Of a stretch of DNA of 53,132 bases, positions 38,117 through 46,793 are shown in pieces. Each line of letters starts with the position of its first letter. Position 1 is the stretch's first letter. The stretch lies in contig CAZKKF010000002.1 of NCBI GenBank assembly GCA_964553285.1, positions 1 through 53,132 on the forward strand, written 5' to 3'. A program made the position numbers and the translations under genes. The notes under the pieces are model-generated. The model had not been told where the DNA came from, made no database searches, and was given only the letters and a program-made list of their open reading frames with translations. This stretch comes from an uncultured Candidatus Saccharibacteria bacterium. Lineage in GTDB: Bacteria; Patescibacteriota; Minisyncoccia; Phycocordibacterales; Zambryskibacteraceae.

Positions 38117-38366
38117 ACGCTTTTTTGCTTCTGAAAACCGGAGTGGGAATTGATACGGTTTCAATGGATTGAAGCCCCTCATCACTTGGTATAGGGTCGC
38201 CGTTCTTCGCGCATGAAATAAGATAGGCTTCTATTGCCTCGTTCAGTCTTTTTTTGGTGTCTTCTATAGTGCTTCCAAAAGTATGACACCCGGGCAAAGC
38301 CGGAACAAAACCATGGTACTTTGTGCCGTCTTTTTCAATTACAGTGCGGAAAGAGTAGCTCTTCAT
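38109..38366 (-). CDS. hicB: HicB-family antitoxin (short form, no obvious DNA-binding domain)
   Basis: MKSYSFRTVIEKDGTKYHGFVPALPGCHTFGSTIEDTKKRLNEAIEAYL. 8-nt overlap (ATGCCTAA) with hicA. TTGCTC-N17-TATACT lies 8 nt upstream of the ATG. Confidence 0.8.
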   Translation of the reverse strand: MKSYSFRTVIEKDGTKYHGFVPALPGCHTFGSTIEDTKKRLNEAIEAYLISCAKNGDPIPSDEGLQSIETVSIPTPVFRSKKAYA

Positions 38367-38442
38367 ATATCGCAAGTATACCGACAGGCCCGAGCGAGAG
38401 CAAGCCGTTGATGTGGCAGTGTTCCTAGCCCCCATTTTCCCC

Positions 38443-38471
38443 TTGACTTCCCCTACCAACTATGATACAAT
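38443..38471 (+). promoter_or_regulatory. promoter module P2 (TTGACT-N17-TGaTACAAT followed by GGGGGTAGAAGGG)
   Basis: TTGACT 38443-38448, 17-nt spacer, extended -10 TGa-TACAAT 38466-38471. Confidence 0.6.
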
Positions 38472-38549
38472 GGGGGTAGAAGGGTAGGTATTCGCCTAAC
38501 CCCCGTACTTGGCGGCTCCAAGCAAGTTCTCTTCATAGGAGATGACGCC

Positions 38550-39158
38550 ATGACCGAGGTCATGACCCCATCGGAGATCACCGCAGGGCAGATCGGCAAG
38601 TTCCAGGAACTCCTGGGTGCCGGTCTCCGCAAGAGCGGACTCCAGAGCGAGCCGACCCAGACGGTCCTTGAGACCCAGGGTGACTCGCTCGTCACCGAGC
38701 TCGTTGCAGTGGTGCGCAGGCGGGTGGAAGCCATCGTCAACATGATCTTCCGCCGTGTTCGCGTAGATCGTACCAAGACCGCGACGCAGGTCATCGACGG
38801 CACTGGCCGCTACAAGTGGTACATCGACGAGGAAGTTCTCGCCGAGATGCCGATGCTCGGCCGTGAGGAGGATGATGTTGGGTTCTTTAAGCTCAACTAC
38901 GATCCAACTCCCGATGAACTGGACCGTGAGTACGAAGCTCGCGGCCTCCGTCCCGATCCTGCGGCCACGGCGCAAGCTATGGCTGACGACCCTGCCTTCG
39001 CTGATGAGCGGCCCGTTGGCGTTCAGTGGCGAGACAGCAGGGGTCGGGCGTGCTTCGCGATCTTCCGCCGCAGCGTCGGCGAGCGCGAGGTGTACGTCTA
39101 CCGCATCGATGACGGGTGGAGTCGGCGCTGTCGGTTTTCCGGCGTGCTCAAGGCCTAG
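38550..39158 (+). CDS. hypothetical protein, 202 aa, compositionally foreign (high G+C) ORFan
   Basis: AGGAGA (38537-38542) lies 7 nt before the ATG. Third positions are strongly G/C-biased. It has its own promoter and terminator. No motif recognised. Confidence 0.65.
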   Translation: MTEVMTPSEITAGQIGKFQELLGAGLRKSGLQSEPTQTVLETQGDSLVTELVAVVRRRVEAIVNMIFRRVRVDRTKTATQVIDGTGRYKWYIDEEVLAEMPMLGREEDDVGFFKLNYDPTPDELDREYEARGLRPDPAATAQAMADDPAFADERPVGVQWRDSRGRACFAIFRRSVGEREVYVYRIDDGWSRRCRFSGVLKA

Positions 39159-39186
39159 CTTCAGCACAGGGCCCTTACTTGGGCCG

Positions 39187-39211
39187 AGCACCTCCACTGG
39201 GGGTGCTTTTT
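39187..39211 (+). terminator. intrinsic terminator of the ORFan cassette
   Basis: AGCACCTCC-act-GGGGGTGCT (9 bp, one G.U pair) followed by TTTTT. Confidence 0.7.
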
Positions 39212-39256
39212 ACATATACATGGCGGGTGTCCGTGTACGCACTTTGCTCCAGCCAC

Positions 39257-39285
39257 TTGACTTTTGAGGCTCGCGGGTATATAAT
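39257..39285 (+). promoter_or_regulatory. promoter module P3 upstream of nusA (TTGACT-N17-TATAAT followed by taGGGGGTGAGAG)
   Basis: TTGACT 39257-39262, 17-nt spacer, TATAAT 39280-39285. Confidence 0.6.
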
Positions 39286-39315
39286 TAGGGGGTGAGAGTG
39301 CGTGGAAGTAGAGGA

Positions 39316-39344
39316 GGTTCGCCCGTCGGGCGGGCCATTTTTTT
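39316..39344 (+). terminator. leader terminator / attenuator between P3 and the nusA start
   Basis: GGTTCGC-ccgtcgg-GCGGGCC stem followed by A-TTTTTTT. It ends 23 nt before the nusA ATG. Confidence 0.55.
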
Positions 39345-39367
39345 AAGAGCAATCAGAAAAAACAATC

Positions 39368-40642
39368 ATGTTTGATCTCAAAGTCATAAACGCGGTCTTG
39401 GGAGAGCTTGAAGAGACGCGCGGCATACCAAAAGAAAAAGTCATAGAAGCCATAGAGGCCGCCCTTGCCACTGCCTACAGAAAAGAGTACGGCAAGCGCG
39501 GGCAGATAGTGCGCGCTAAGTTTGACATAAATACCGGCAAAACGGACTTCTTCCAGATAAAGACCGTGGTGGACGACACTCTGGTTTTCATGGACGACGA
39601 AGAAAAAGAAGAAGCTCTGGAGAAAAATCCGGAAGACGACCGCATCATGTTCAGCTCCGAACAGCACATACTCCTTGAAGACGCCAAGTTCATCAAGAAA
39701 GACGTGGCTTTGGATGACGAAGTGGTGTTCCCCCTGGAGCACAAAGACGATTTCGGCCGCATCGCGTCGCAGACCGCAAAGCAGGTCATCATGCAAAAAA
39801 TCCGCGAAGCGGAGAGAGTATCCGTAATGGGCGAATACGGCTCACGCGAAGGAGAGATAGTAACCGGCACCGTACAGCGCATTGAAAGGGGCGCCATCTT
39901 CCTTGATATAGGGCGCGCCACCGGCGTTTTGACCTTTGAGGAGCGTATCCCTGGGGAACACTTCAACCAGGGCGAGAGAGTAAGAGCATATCTTTATCGC
40001 GTAGAAGAATCTCCGCGCGGAGTTTTCCTCAAGCTTTCCCGCTCCCATCCTAAGTTTTTGGAGAAGCTCTTTGAGCTTGAGTCTCCGGAGATAGCAAACG
40101 GCATAGTTACCATAAAGGCCGTGGCCCGCGAAGCAGGTTCGCGTTCAAAAATCGCCGCTCACTCTGAAGACGAGCATGTCGATCCCGTAGGCTCCATGGT
40201 GGGCCAGAGAGGCGTGCGCGTTTCTACCGTCATGTCTGAACTGCGCGGAGAAAAGATAGACATCATTGAGTGGTCCGCCGACCCTGTGAAGTTTATAGAA
40301 GATGCCGTATCTCCGGCAAAAGCCATGAGCGTTGAGGTGGACGAGAAAGATCACAGAGCAACAGTGACGGTATCCGAAGATCAGCAATCGCTTGCCATCG
40401 GCAAGGGCGGACAGAACGTGCGCCTGGCGGCAAAGCTTACCGGCTGGAACATAGACATAAGGTCTGTCGCGGGAGAAGCCATAGCTCATGCCGATGAGAA
40501 AGCAAGCAAAGACGCTTCACCGGAAAAAGCCCCGGACATACATGCCGAAGATATAATTCCGGAAGAATCTGCGGCACAAAACCTTGAAGAAGCGAAGTCT
40601 GCGGAAAACGCTCCCGAGGAGACAAAAGAGGCGGTAGAATAA
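39368..40642 (+). CDS. nusA: transcription termination/antitermination factor NusA
   Basis: The N-terminal domain is INAVLGELEETRGIPKEKVIEAIEAALATAYRKEYG, followed by S1 and two KH domains (GKGGQNVRLAAKLTGWNIDI) and an acidic tail. Confidence 0.95.
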   Translation: MFDLKVINAVLGELEETRGIPKEKVIEAIEAALATAYRKEYGKRGQIVRAKFDINTGKTDFFQIKTVVDDTLVFMDDEEKEEALEKNPEDDRIMFSSEQHILLEDAKFIKKDVALDDEVVFPLEHKDDFGRIASQTAKQVIMQKIREAERVSVMGEYGSREGEIVTGTVQRIERGAIFLDIGRATGVLTFEERIPGEHFNQGERVRAYLYRVEESPRGVFLKLSRSHPKFLEKLFELESPEIANGIVTIKAVAREAGSRSKIAAHSEDEHVDPVGSMVGQRGVRVSTVMSELRGEKIDIIEWSADPVKFIEDAVSPAKAMSVEVDEKDHRATVTVSEDQQSLAIGKGGQNVRLAAKLTGWNIDIRSVAGEAIAHADEKASKDASPEKAPDIHAEDIIPEESAAQNLEEAKSAENAPEETKEAVE

Positions 40643-40683
40643 GCGCGGGCAAAAATTATCAAAATAAAAAATCAAAAAACACT

Positions 40684-41208
40684 ATGAACTTGTGGCACGA
40701 CGTAAAAGCGGGCGAAAAAAACAAGATGAATGTCATCGTTGAGATAGGCAAGGGTTCCAAAAACAAATACGAGATAGACAAAGAAACCGGTCTTATCGCT
40801 TTGGACAGAGCCATGCACTCCGCCCAGGATTATCCCTTTGACTACGGCTTCGTGCCGCAGACTCTCTGGCACGACGATGACGCGGTGGATGTAGTGCTCC
40901 TTGCCACCTGGCCCTTTGCTTCCGGCATCTTGGTGCGTGCCAGGCCCGTTGCCGTGATGAACATGATTGACGGCGGCGAAATGGATGACAAGGTTATAGC
41001 CGTACCGATAGACGACCCGCGCTGGGACAATGTACAGGATCTTGAAGACATAAACCCTCACACCATCAAAGAAATGGAGCACTTCTTCTCCACCTACAAA
41101 AAGATTCAGGGCAAAGAGGTTGAGGTAACAGGTTTCAAAGGCAAAGCGGAAGCGGAAAAGGTTTTTGAGGAAGGCCAAGAGCTTTACAACAAGAAATTCG
41201 GCAAATAA
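40684..41208 (+). CDS. ppa: inorganic pyrophosphatase (family I)
   Basis: VIVEIGKGSKNKYEIDKETG...DYGFVPQTL..DDDAVDVVLL...DDKVIAV. Confidence 0.95.
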   Translation: MNLWHDVKAGEKNKMNVIVEIGKGSKNKYEIDKETGLIALDRAMHSAQDYPFDYGFVPQTLWHDDDAVDVVLLATWPFASGILVRARPVAVMNMIDGGEMDDKVIAVPIDDPRWDNVQDLEDINPHTIKEMEHFFSTYKKIQGKEVEVTGFKGKAEAEKVFEEGQELYNKKFGK

Positions 41209-41322
41209 TAGTGCCTTTCCCTGCGGAAAAATCCCATTTTATGGGATTTTTTCTTATGGGGTATAATGTCCTTGTCCGTGGATTTCTCTATCGGACTGCA
41301 TTATAAGACTCAAGGAAAACCG

Positions 41323-41991
41323 ATGAAATTACATTTGACGGCCCTTGCATTGCTTGCTCTGGCAATAACCGCGCCTTTTGGAGCGATAAGCGGGCAAGAG
41401 ACAACAGAGTCGCGCCCCGCGGCAGATAGAGTGAATGCGGCCGAGGAATACCGCAAAGCTTTGGAGGAGCAGAAGCGGGCCTATGACGCATCTCTTAGGG
41501 CAAGGGAGGCTGAGATAAAGTCAGCCGTGGAAAAACGCCTTCAGGGACGCGATGAAACGGAAGCAAACATCAAAGAAAGAACCGCCGAAACAGGGAGGAA
41601 TATCTCCGACAGGGCCGATGCTGTCTCAAGCGAGATAAGCGACAGAACCGCCGCTTTGGTTGAAAGGATGACACTAAGCCAGCTCGGATTCATCAAGCGC
41701 CTGGAACTCATCGCCGAAAAAACCCAAAACCGCATAGGGGCAATCAGGGTAACAGGAGGAAACACAAGCGCCTCCGAGAGACTGCTTGAGGAAGCCCTTA
41801 GCGAGCTTGCGGAAGCAAAAAACAAAGTCGCGCGCCTCGGAGCAATGCTTGGAAGCGTTTCCGACAACAGCACTTTGCGCATAGCCTGGAACGAATCAGG
41901 AAAGGCGGCAATAGCGGAAATTAACAGCCACATCAGAGAGGCCCACCGCCTTATCACCGAGGCCGTAGCGGCGCTCAAAGCAGGAAATTAG
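41323..41991 (+). CDS. secreted coiled-coil protein, hypothetical
   Basis: Signal peptide MKLHLTALALLALAITAPFGAISG, then an E/R/A-rich helical sequence. Confidence 0.5.
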   Translation: MKLHLTALALLALAITAPFGAISGQETTESRPAADRVNAAEEYRKALEEQKRAYDASLRAREAEIKSAVEKRLQGRDETEANIKERTAETGRNISDRADAVSSEISDRTAALVERMTLSQLGFIKRLELIAEKTQNRIGAIRVTGGNTSASERLLEEALSELAEAKNKVARLGAMLGSVSDNSTLRIAWNESGKAAIAEINSHIREAHRLITEAVAALKAGN

Positions 41992-42027
41992 TGCACCATT
42001 AAACTTTAACTTGAAATAAAAACAGAC

Positions 42028-42321
42028 ATGGAACCGGAAAACAACAACACAGTTAATCAAAATAATGCCGCGACAGGCAAGGGATCATGGGGCGCCCTCA
42101 TAGGCATCATCGTGATAGTGGCAATTTTGCTTCTCGGAGCATTTTATTTCTCAGGCTCCACTCCGGCGGCAGTTGAGGAAGTGCCCGCTTCAGGCGAGGC
42201 TCTAAGCGAAGGCAACGAGCCTGCGGATATAGAAGAGGACCTGAACGCATCAGATGTCTCCGCTCTTGAAGGCGAGGTTGACGGTCTTTCCGCAGAACTT
42301 GAAGCTTCTATCGGAGAGTAG
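42028..42321 (+). CDS. small membrane-anchored acidic protein, hypothetical
   Basis: One TM (WGALIGIIVIVAILLLGAFYF) followed by an E/D-rich tail. A terminator follows. Confidence 0.45.
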   Translation: MEPENNNTVNQNNAATGKGSWGALIGIIVIVAILLLGAFYFSGSTPAAVEEVPASGEALSEGNEPADIEEDLNASDVSALEGEVDGLSAELEASIGE

Positions 42322-42351
42322 GACAAAAAATACTCTAATAAAACTTGTGCT

Positions 42352-42385
42352 AAACACCCCGCCTTTGAGGCGGGGTGTTTGTTTG
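42352..42385 (+). terminator. intrinsic terminator
   Basis: AAACACCCCGCC-tttga-GGCGGGGTGTTT followed by GTTTG. Confidence 0.7.
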
Positions 42386-42418
42386 CAAAAAAACGCTCAG
42401 GCAATATACTGGCAAACC

Positions 42419-43432
42419 ATGACAAAGACATACAAAAAGGCCGAAATCAAAACAGAAAACGGCAAGACCGTAATCACCGCCATTATAGACAAGGAAGTGC
42501 TTGAAGAAGCGAGAAACAGCGCCCTCAAGGAAATGCTTGCAGAGGCCGAACTGCCCGGTTTTAGAAAAGGCAAAGTGCCGGAAAGCCTCTTTGTGGAAAG
42601 AGTGGGCGAGCTGACAGTCCTCCAGGAAGGTGCGGAGAGAGCTATCGCCAATGCCTATCCTGAAATCATCACCGACAACAAAATCTCCCCCGTATCGCGC
42701 CCAAAAATAAGGATCACAAAGATTGCCGCAGGCAACGACCTTGAGTTTGATGCAGAAGTGGAAACAATGCCCGAGATAAACCTGCCCGATTACAAGGCCA
42801 TAGCCAAAGCGGCCGCGCCGGCAGAAACAGGATTTGCCGCTGACGACAACGAGGTAAACGAAGTGATACACCAGCTCCAGCACAGAATGATGCCGCAGGA
42901 CGGCAAAGAGCACGATCATCCGGAAATAAACAACGAGTTTGCCAAGAAAATGGGCGGCTTTGAAACAGTGGACGAGCTTAGAGAAGCTATACGCAAAAAC
43001 ATCGTGAGCGAGAAAGAGCTTCGCGCCAAAGACAAGCGCCGCGCCGAAATAGCGGAAAAAATATCAGACGGCATAAAAGAAAAGATTCCGGCAAGCCTGA
43101 TAGAAGATGAGATAATGCGCATGATGGAGAGGCTTAAGCACGACATCTCCCGTGTCGGGGTGAAGTGGGAAGATTATCTAAAGAATGCCAAAAAGACCGA
43201 AGAAGAAATAAAAGTGGAGATTACTCCGGACGCGGAAAAGAGGGTCAAGCTTGAATTGGCGGTTGTTATGATAGCCGAAAAAGAAAACCTCTCCCCTTCC
43301 AAGGATGAGATTACCAATGAGGCGCAAGAACTCATGGCCGCCTACCCTGCCGCAGAACCCATAAGAGCGGAGGAATATGTACGAAACATTCTCACAAACA
43401 AAAAAGTTTTTGAGTTTCTGGAGTCTATTTAG
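42419..43432 (+). CDS. tig: trigger factor, short form lacking the PPIase domain
   Basis: The N-domain carries the ribosome-binding signature GFRKGKVP. ATG 42419 was chosen (MTKTYKKAEIK), giving 337 aa, and the N-domain runs straight into the helical C-domain. Confidence 0.8.
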   Translation: MTKTYKKAEIKTENGKTVITAIIDKEVLEEARNSALKEMLAEAELPGFRKGKVPESLFVERVGELTVLQEGAERAIANAYPEIITDNKISPVSRPKIRITKIAAGNDLEFDAEVETMPEINLPDYKAIAKAAAPAETGFAADDNEVNEVIHQLQHRMMPQDGKEHDHPEINNEFAKKMGGFETVDELREAIRKNIVSEKELRAKDKRRAEIAEKISDGIKEKIPASLIEDEIMRMMERLKHDISRVGVKWEDYLKNAKKTEEEIKVEITPDAEKRVKLELAVVMIAEKENLSPSKDEITNEAQELMAAYPAAEPIRAEEYVRNILTNKKVFEFLESI

Positions 43433-43439
43433 TTAAAAT

Positions 43440-44141
43440 CTACAGGAGAAAAAGGCTCGCCGAGGCGATTGAGGCTGTTTCGGCTCTCAAGGTTTGGGCG
43501 CCGAGGGAGATTATGTAAGCCCCTTTTTGCCTGGCCTCTTTTATTTCCGGGTCGGAAAACCCTCCTTCGGGTCCAACGAGCAGAGCGACAGCGTCTTTGC
43601 CATCTCTAAACAAGTCCGGCAGTGGATCGCCTTCCGGAGAAAGGAGAATAACCCTGCCCTCCTCGAGCAAACTATCCAGAGTTTCAGAAAAGCCACTCAC
43701 CGGAAAAACCGCAGGAATATCCGCTCTGCCGGACTGCTCTGCCGCTTCGCGGGCTATCACCTCCAGACGCTCCTGCTTGAGCGATTTCTTTTCGCTTCGG
43801 GCAGACAAAAAAGGCCTAAAGGCGGCGACACCAATTTCCGTCCCCTTCTCAGTCACCCATTCCGCCTTATCTTTTTTTATGACCGAAAAAGCAAGCGTCA
43901 ATTTGCGGCGAGGCACATTTGCGGATTCCTGCACGCTCTCTATGGCGCATCGCACCCTGGACTCATTCAAGTCGGTTATGACGGCCAGATATTCAAAGCC
44001 GGAGCCATCAAGAAGCACCAGCCTGCCGCCCACAGTCATGCGCAGGACTCTCCTTATCTGGCTCACAAGATCTCTGTCTGATATTTCATAAGACTCCAGC
44101 CCCCGGAGAGGCTCGTTCACGAAGAATCTGTGGTATCTCAT
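43440..44141 (-). CDS. rsmE: 16S rRNA (uracil1498-N3)-methyltransferase RsmE
   Basis: MRYHRFFV... N-terminal PUA-like domain and C-terminal LLVGPEGGFSDPE SPOUT motif. Confidence 0.85.
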   Translation of the reverse strand: MRYHRFFVNEPLRGLESYEISDRDLVSQIRRVLRMTVGGRLVLLDGSGFEYLAVITDLNESRVRCAIESVQESANVPRRKLTLAFSVIKKDKAEWVTEKGTEIGVAAFRPFLSARSEKKSLKQERLEVIAREAAEQSGRADIPAVFPVSGFSETLDSLLEEGRVILLSPEGDPLPDLFRDGKDAVALLVGPEGGFSDPEIKEARQKGAYIISLGAQTLRAETASIASASLFLL

Positions 44142-44223
44142 GTTTCAAGCATACGCAAAATCACATAAAGATAAAGCTTGCCCCGCTTAGCGGGGCTTGC
44201 TCTAAGGGCCTTAAGTGAGTAAG

Positions 44224-44817
44224 ATGCTTGCCATGCTTATACCCACAGTTATAGAGAAGGTGCCTCAGGGCGAAAGAGCCTACGACATATATTCCCGCCT
44301 GCTTAAGGAGAGGATTATTTTCCTAGGCGGCCCCATTGATGACAACATATCAAACCTCATCATCGCCCAGCTTCTGTTTTTGGAAAACGAAGACTCCAAG
44401 AAAGACATTTTCCTTTATGTAAACTCCCCCGGCGGGTCTGTAACCGCAGGTATGGCCATAGTTGATACCATGAACCATATCAAGCCGGCAGTCTCCACCG
44501 TCTGCGTAGGCATGGCCGCTTCCATGGGCGCAGTTATTCTTGCTTCAGGAGAAAAAGGCAAAAGATTCGCACTGCCTAATGCCGAGGTAATGATCCACCA
44601 ACCCCTGGGCGGTGCCGAAGGTCAGGCTACAGATATTGAAATATCAGCAAAGAGAATCGTCCGGCACAGGGATGTACTAAACAAGCTTCTGGCAGAAAGA
44701 ACCGGCCAGCCGCTCTCAAAGATAGAAAAGGACGTGGACAGAGACTTTTTTATGGACGCAACAGAAGCCCAAAAGTACGGCCTAATAGACAAAGTGTATT
44801 CCATCAAGAGCAAGTAA
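44224..44817 (+). CDS. clpP: ATP-dependent Clp protease proteolytic subunit
   Basis: [40 protein letters not shown] and MIHQPLGG (catalytic Ser and His regions). The start could be 44215, 44224 or 44233. Confidence 0.95.
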   Translation: MLAMLIPTVIEKVPQGERAYDIYSRLLKERIIFLGGPIDDNISNLIIAQLLFLENEDSKKDIFLYVNSPGGSVTAGMAIVDTMNHIKPAVSTVCVGMAASMGAVILASGEKGKRFALPNAEVMIHQPLGGAEGQATDIEISAKRIVRHRDVLNKLLAERTGQPLSKIEKDVDRDFFMDATEAQKYGLIDKVYSIKSK

Positions 44818-44844
44818 CTACGCTCCTACTTTTTTGGGCCATTT

Positions 44845-44873
44845 TTGACTAATCTTTATCAAAAAGATATTGT
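44845..44873 (+). promoter_or_regulatory. rny promoter
   Basis: TTGACT(44845-44850)-N17-TATTGT(44868-44873). A ~145-nt C-rich 5' UTR follows. Confidence 0.5.
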
Positions 44874-45020
44874 GTAGCCGTTAGCAATAATAAAGACCCT
44901 CAAGGAGAGCTTTTGCCACAGAGAAAACCCCGCCCCGCCGCAACTGCCGCCCGCTTTTCCCTACCGCACCGCCCCTTTCCCTTTTGTCCCGAAAAAGACT
45001 CCCAGGGGTTATAAACAGAC

Positions 45021-46550
45021 ATGTCAATTAAGATACTTTTGCTCGTAGTCGCCCTCGCGGCGGCGGCGGGCATCGCTTTCGGCTACTTCTTGAGATGGAT
45101 TATATCCATCGGGCGCAAAGGCTCTATGGAGCTTGATATCAAGCAGATGATGCTTGAAGCCAAGGAAGAGGCCGGAGGCATCATATCCGAAGCGGAAAAA
45201 AAGGCAGATGACATATTGGATTCCGCCAGAGACGAGGCCCGCGAAAAGGGAGAAAAATACCAAAAGACCGAGGAGCGCCTCATCAAAAGAGAGGAGTTTT
45301 TGGACAAGAGGCAAACCGATCTTGAAAGCGAGATAGAGCACATCAAAGAAAAGATGGAAGAGGTGCGCCTGCTCAAAGAGCGTGCCGAAGAGCTCAACCG
45401 AGAAAGGGAAGCTCTCCTCTCCAACGCATCGGGCCTGTCAAAAGAAGAGGCCACAGCCGAGCTTTTGAGTCTTGCCGAAAAGGAAAACGAGGAAGACTTC
45501 CTCTCCCGCATAAGAAAACTTGAGCGGGAAAAAGGTGAGATTTTGGAAGAGAAGGCCCGCGAGATACTATCAAGCACCATCCAACGCCTGGCTACAAGCG
45601 TACCGTCGGAGATCATGACGACCAGCGTGCCCATCTCTTCGGACGAGATAAAGGGCAAGATCATAGGCAAGGAGGGGCGCAACATCAAAGCCTTTGAGAG
45701 AGCAACGGGGGTTGAAGTCATCATAGACGACACGCCGGGCCTTATTACCCTTTCATCTTTTGATCCGGTAAGAAGGCAGGTGGCAAGAGTGGCGCTTGAA
45801 GTGCTCATTGCAGACGGCAGGATACAGCCCGCAAAGATAGAGGACGAGGTGGCCAAAGCCAAACAGGAGATAAACAAGATAATAAAAGAAAAGGGCGAGC
45901 AGGCTGTGTATGAGTGCGGCGTCTTCAATATTGATCCGCGAGTTGTTGCGGTGCTCGGGCGGCTTCACTTCCGCACAAGCTACGGCCAGAACGTACTTCA
46001 GCACTCTATAGAGATGTCTCACATAGCCCGTATGCTCGCCGAAGAGCTTGGTGCCGATGTTGCCGTGGCAAAGACCGCCGCACTTCTTCATGACATAGGC
46101 AAGGCGATGGATCACGAAGTAGCGGGCACACATGTTGAGATAGGCAGAAGAATATTGCAGAAGTTTGGCGTATCGGAAGAGGTGGTCAAAGCCATGCAGG
46201 CTCATCACGGAGAATATCCTTATGAAACGATAGAGGCGGTTATTGTGCAGACGGCAGACTCAATTTCCGGAGGAAGGCCGGGCGCACGCAGAGATACGGT
46301 GGAAAACTATCTCAAGCGCTTGAAGGAGCTTGAGTCTATCGCCGCAGACTTCAAGGGTGTAGAAAAAGTATACGCGCTGCAAGCCGGGCGCGAGATACGG
46401 GTGTTTGTAACCCCGACCAGCGTTTCCGACATTGAAGCCAAAAAGATGGCCCGCCAGATAGCAGACCGGATAGAAAAAGAGCTTAAATATCCTGGAGAAA
46501 TAAAGATCTCTGTCATAAGGGAGACTCGCACAATAGAATACGCAAGGTAG
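45021..46550 (+). CDS. rny: ribonuclease Y
   Basis: N-terminal TM, coiled coil, KH domain (IGKEGRNIKAFERATG) and HD domain (LLHDIGKA). Confidence 0.95.
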   Translation: MSIKILLLVVALAAAAGIAFGYFLRWIISIGRKGSMELDIKQMMLEAKEEAGGIISEAEKKADDILDSARDEAREKGEKYQKTEERLIKREEFLDKRQTDLESEIEHIKEKMEEVRLLKERAEELNREREALLSNASGLSKEEATAELLSLAEKENEEDFLSRIRKLEREKGEILEEKAREILSSTIQRLATSVPSEIMTTSVPISSDEIKGKIIGKEGRNIKAFERATGVEVIIDDTPGLITLSSFDPVRRQVARVALEVLIADGRIQPAKIEDEVAKAKQEINKIIKEKGEQAVYECGVFNIDPRVVAVLGRLHFRTSYGQNVLQHSIEMSHIARMLAEELGADVAVAKTAALLHDIGKAMDHEVAGTHVEIGRRILQKFGVSEEVVKAMQAHHGEYPYETIEAVIVQTADSISGGRPGARRDTVENYLKRLKELESIAADFKGVEKVYALQAGREIRVFVTPTSVSDIEAKKMARQIADRIEKELKYPGEIKISVIRETRTIEYAR

Positions 46551-46793
46551 AGAGTGCCACAAAACGGCTCTATACGGCCCCGTAAAGGCCTTATAGCCAC
46601 TAACTTGGGCTTACGACGAGAGGCTCACGGAAACCGCGGTCATAAAGACTGCGGTTTTCATTTTATGGCTCTACTTGCGCAAAAAATAGCCCTTTCCTAT
46701 AATACAGACAGCCTTAGTCCCCTTCCGCCACTGCGGATGCGGGGAATACAAAGCGGGCCGAATTAACAAAGCTAAAGAAAGACAGAATCAACA

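Noticed and set aside
38496-39197. 233-aa ORF antisense to the high-G+C cassette gene
   Set aside because: Long antisense ORFs are expected in high-G+C DNA. It has no SD or promoter and the sequence is Ala/Gly/Leu/Arg-rich with little coding character. The plus frame has a promoter, SD, G/C-biased third positions and a terminator.
23674-39350. Assembly chimerism as the explanation for the two internal high-G+C islands
   Set aside because: Each island is under 1 kb, is flanked on both sides by host-composition core genes on the same contig, and is framed by terminators and promoters in the local style. Chimerism cannot be excluded for the terminal segment (after about 51.9 kb), and that is stated in the relevant finding.
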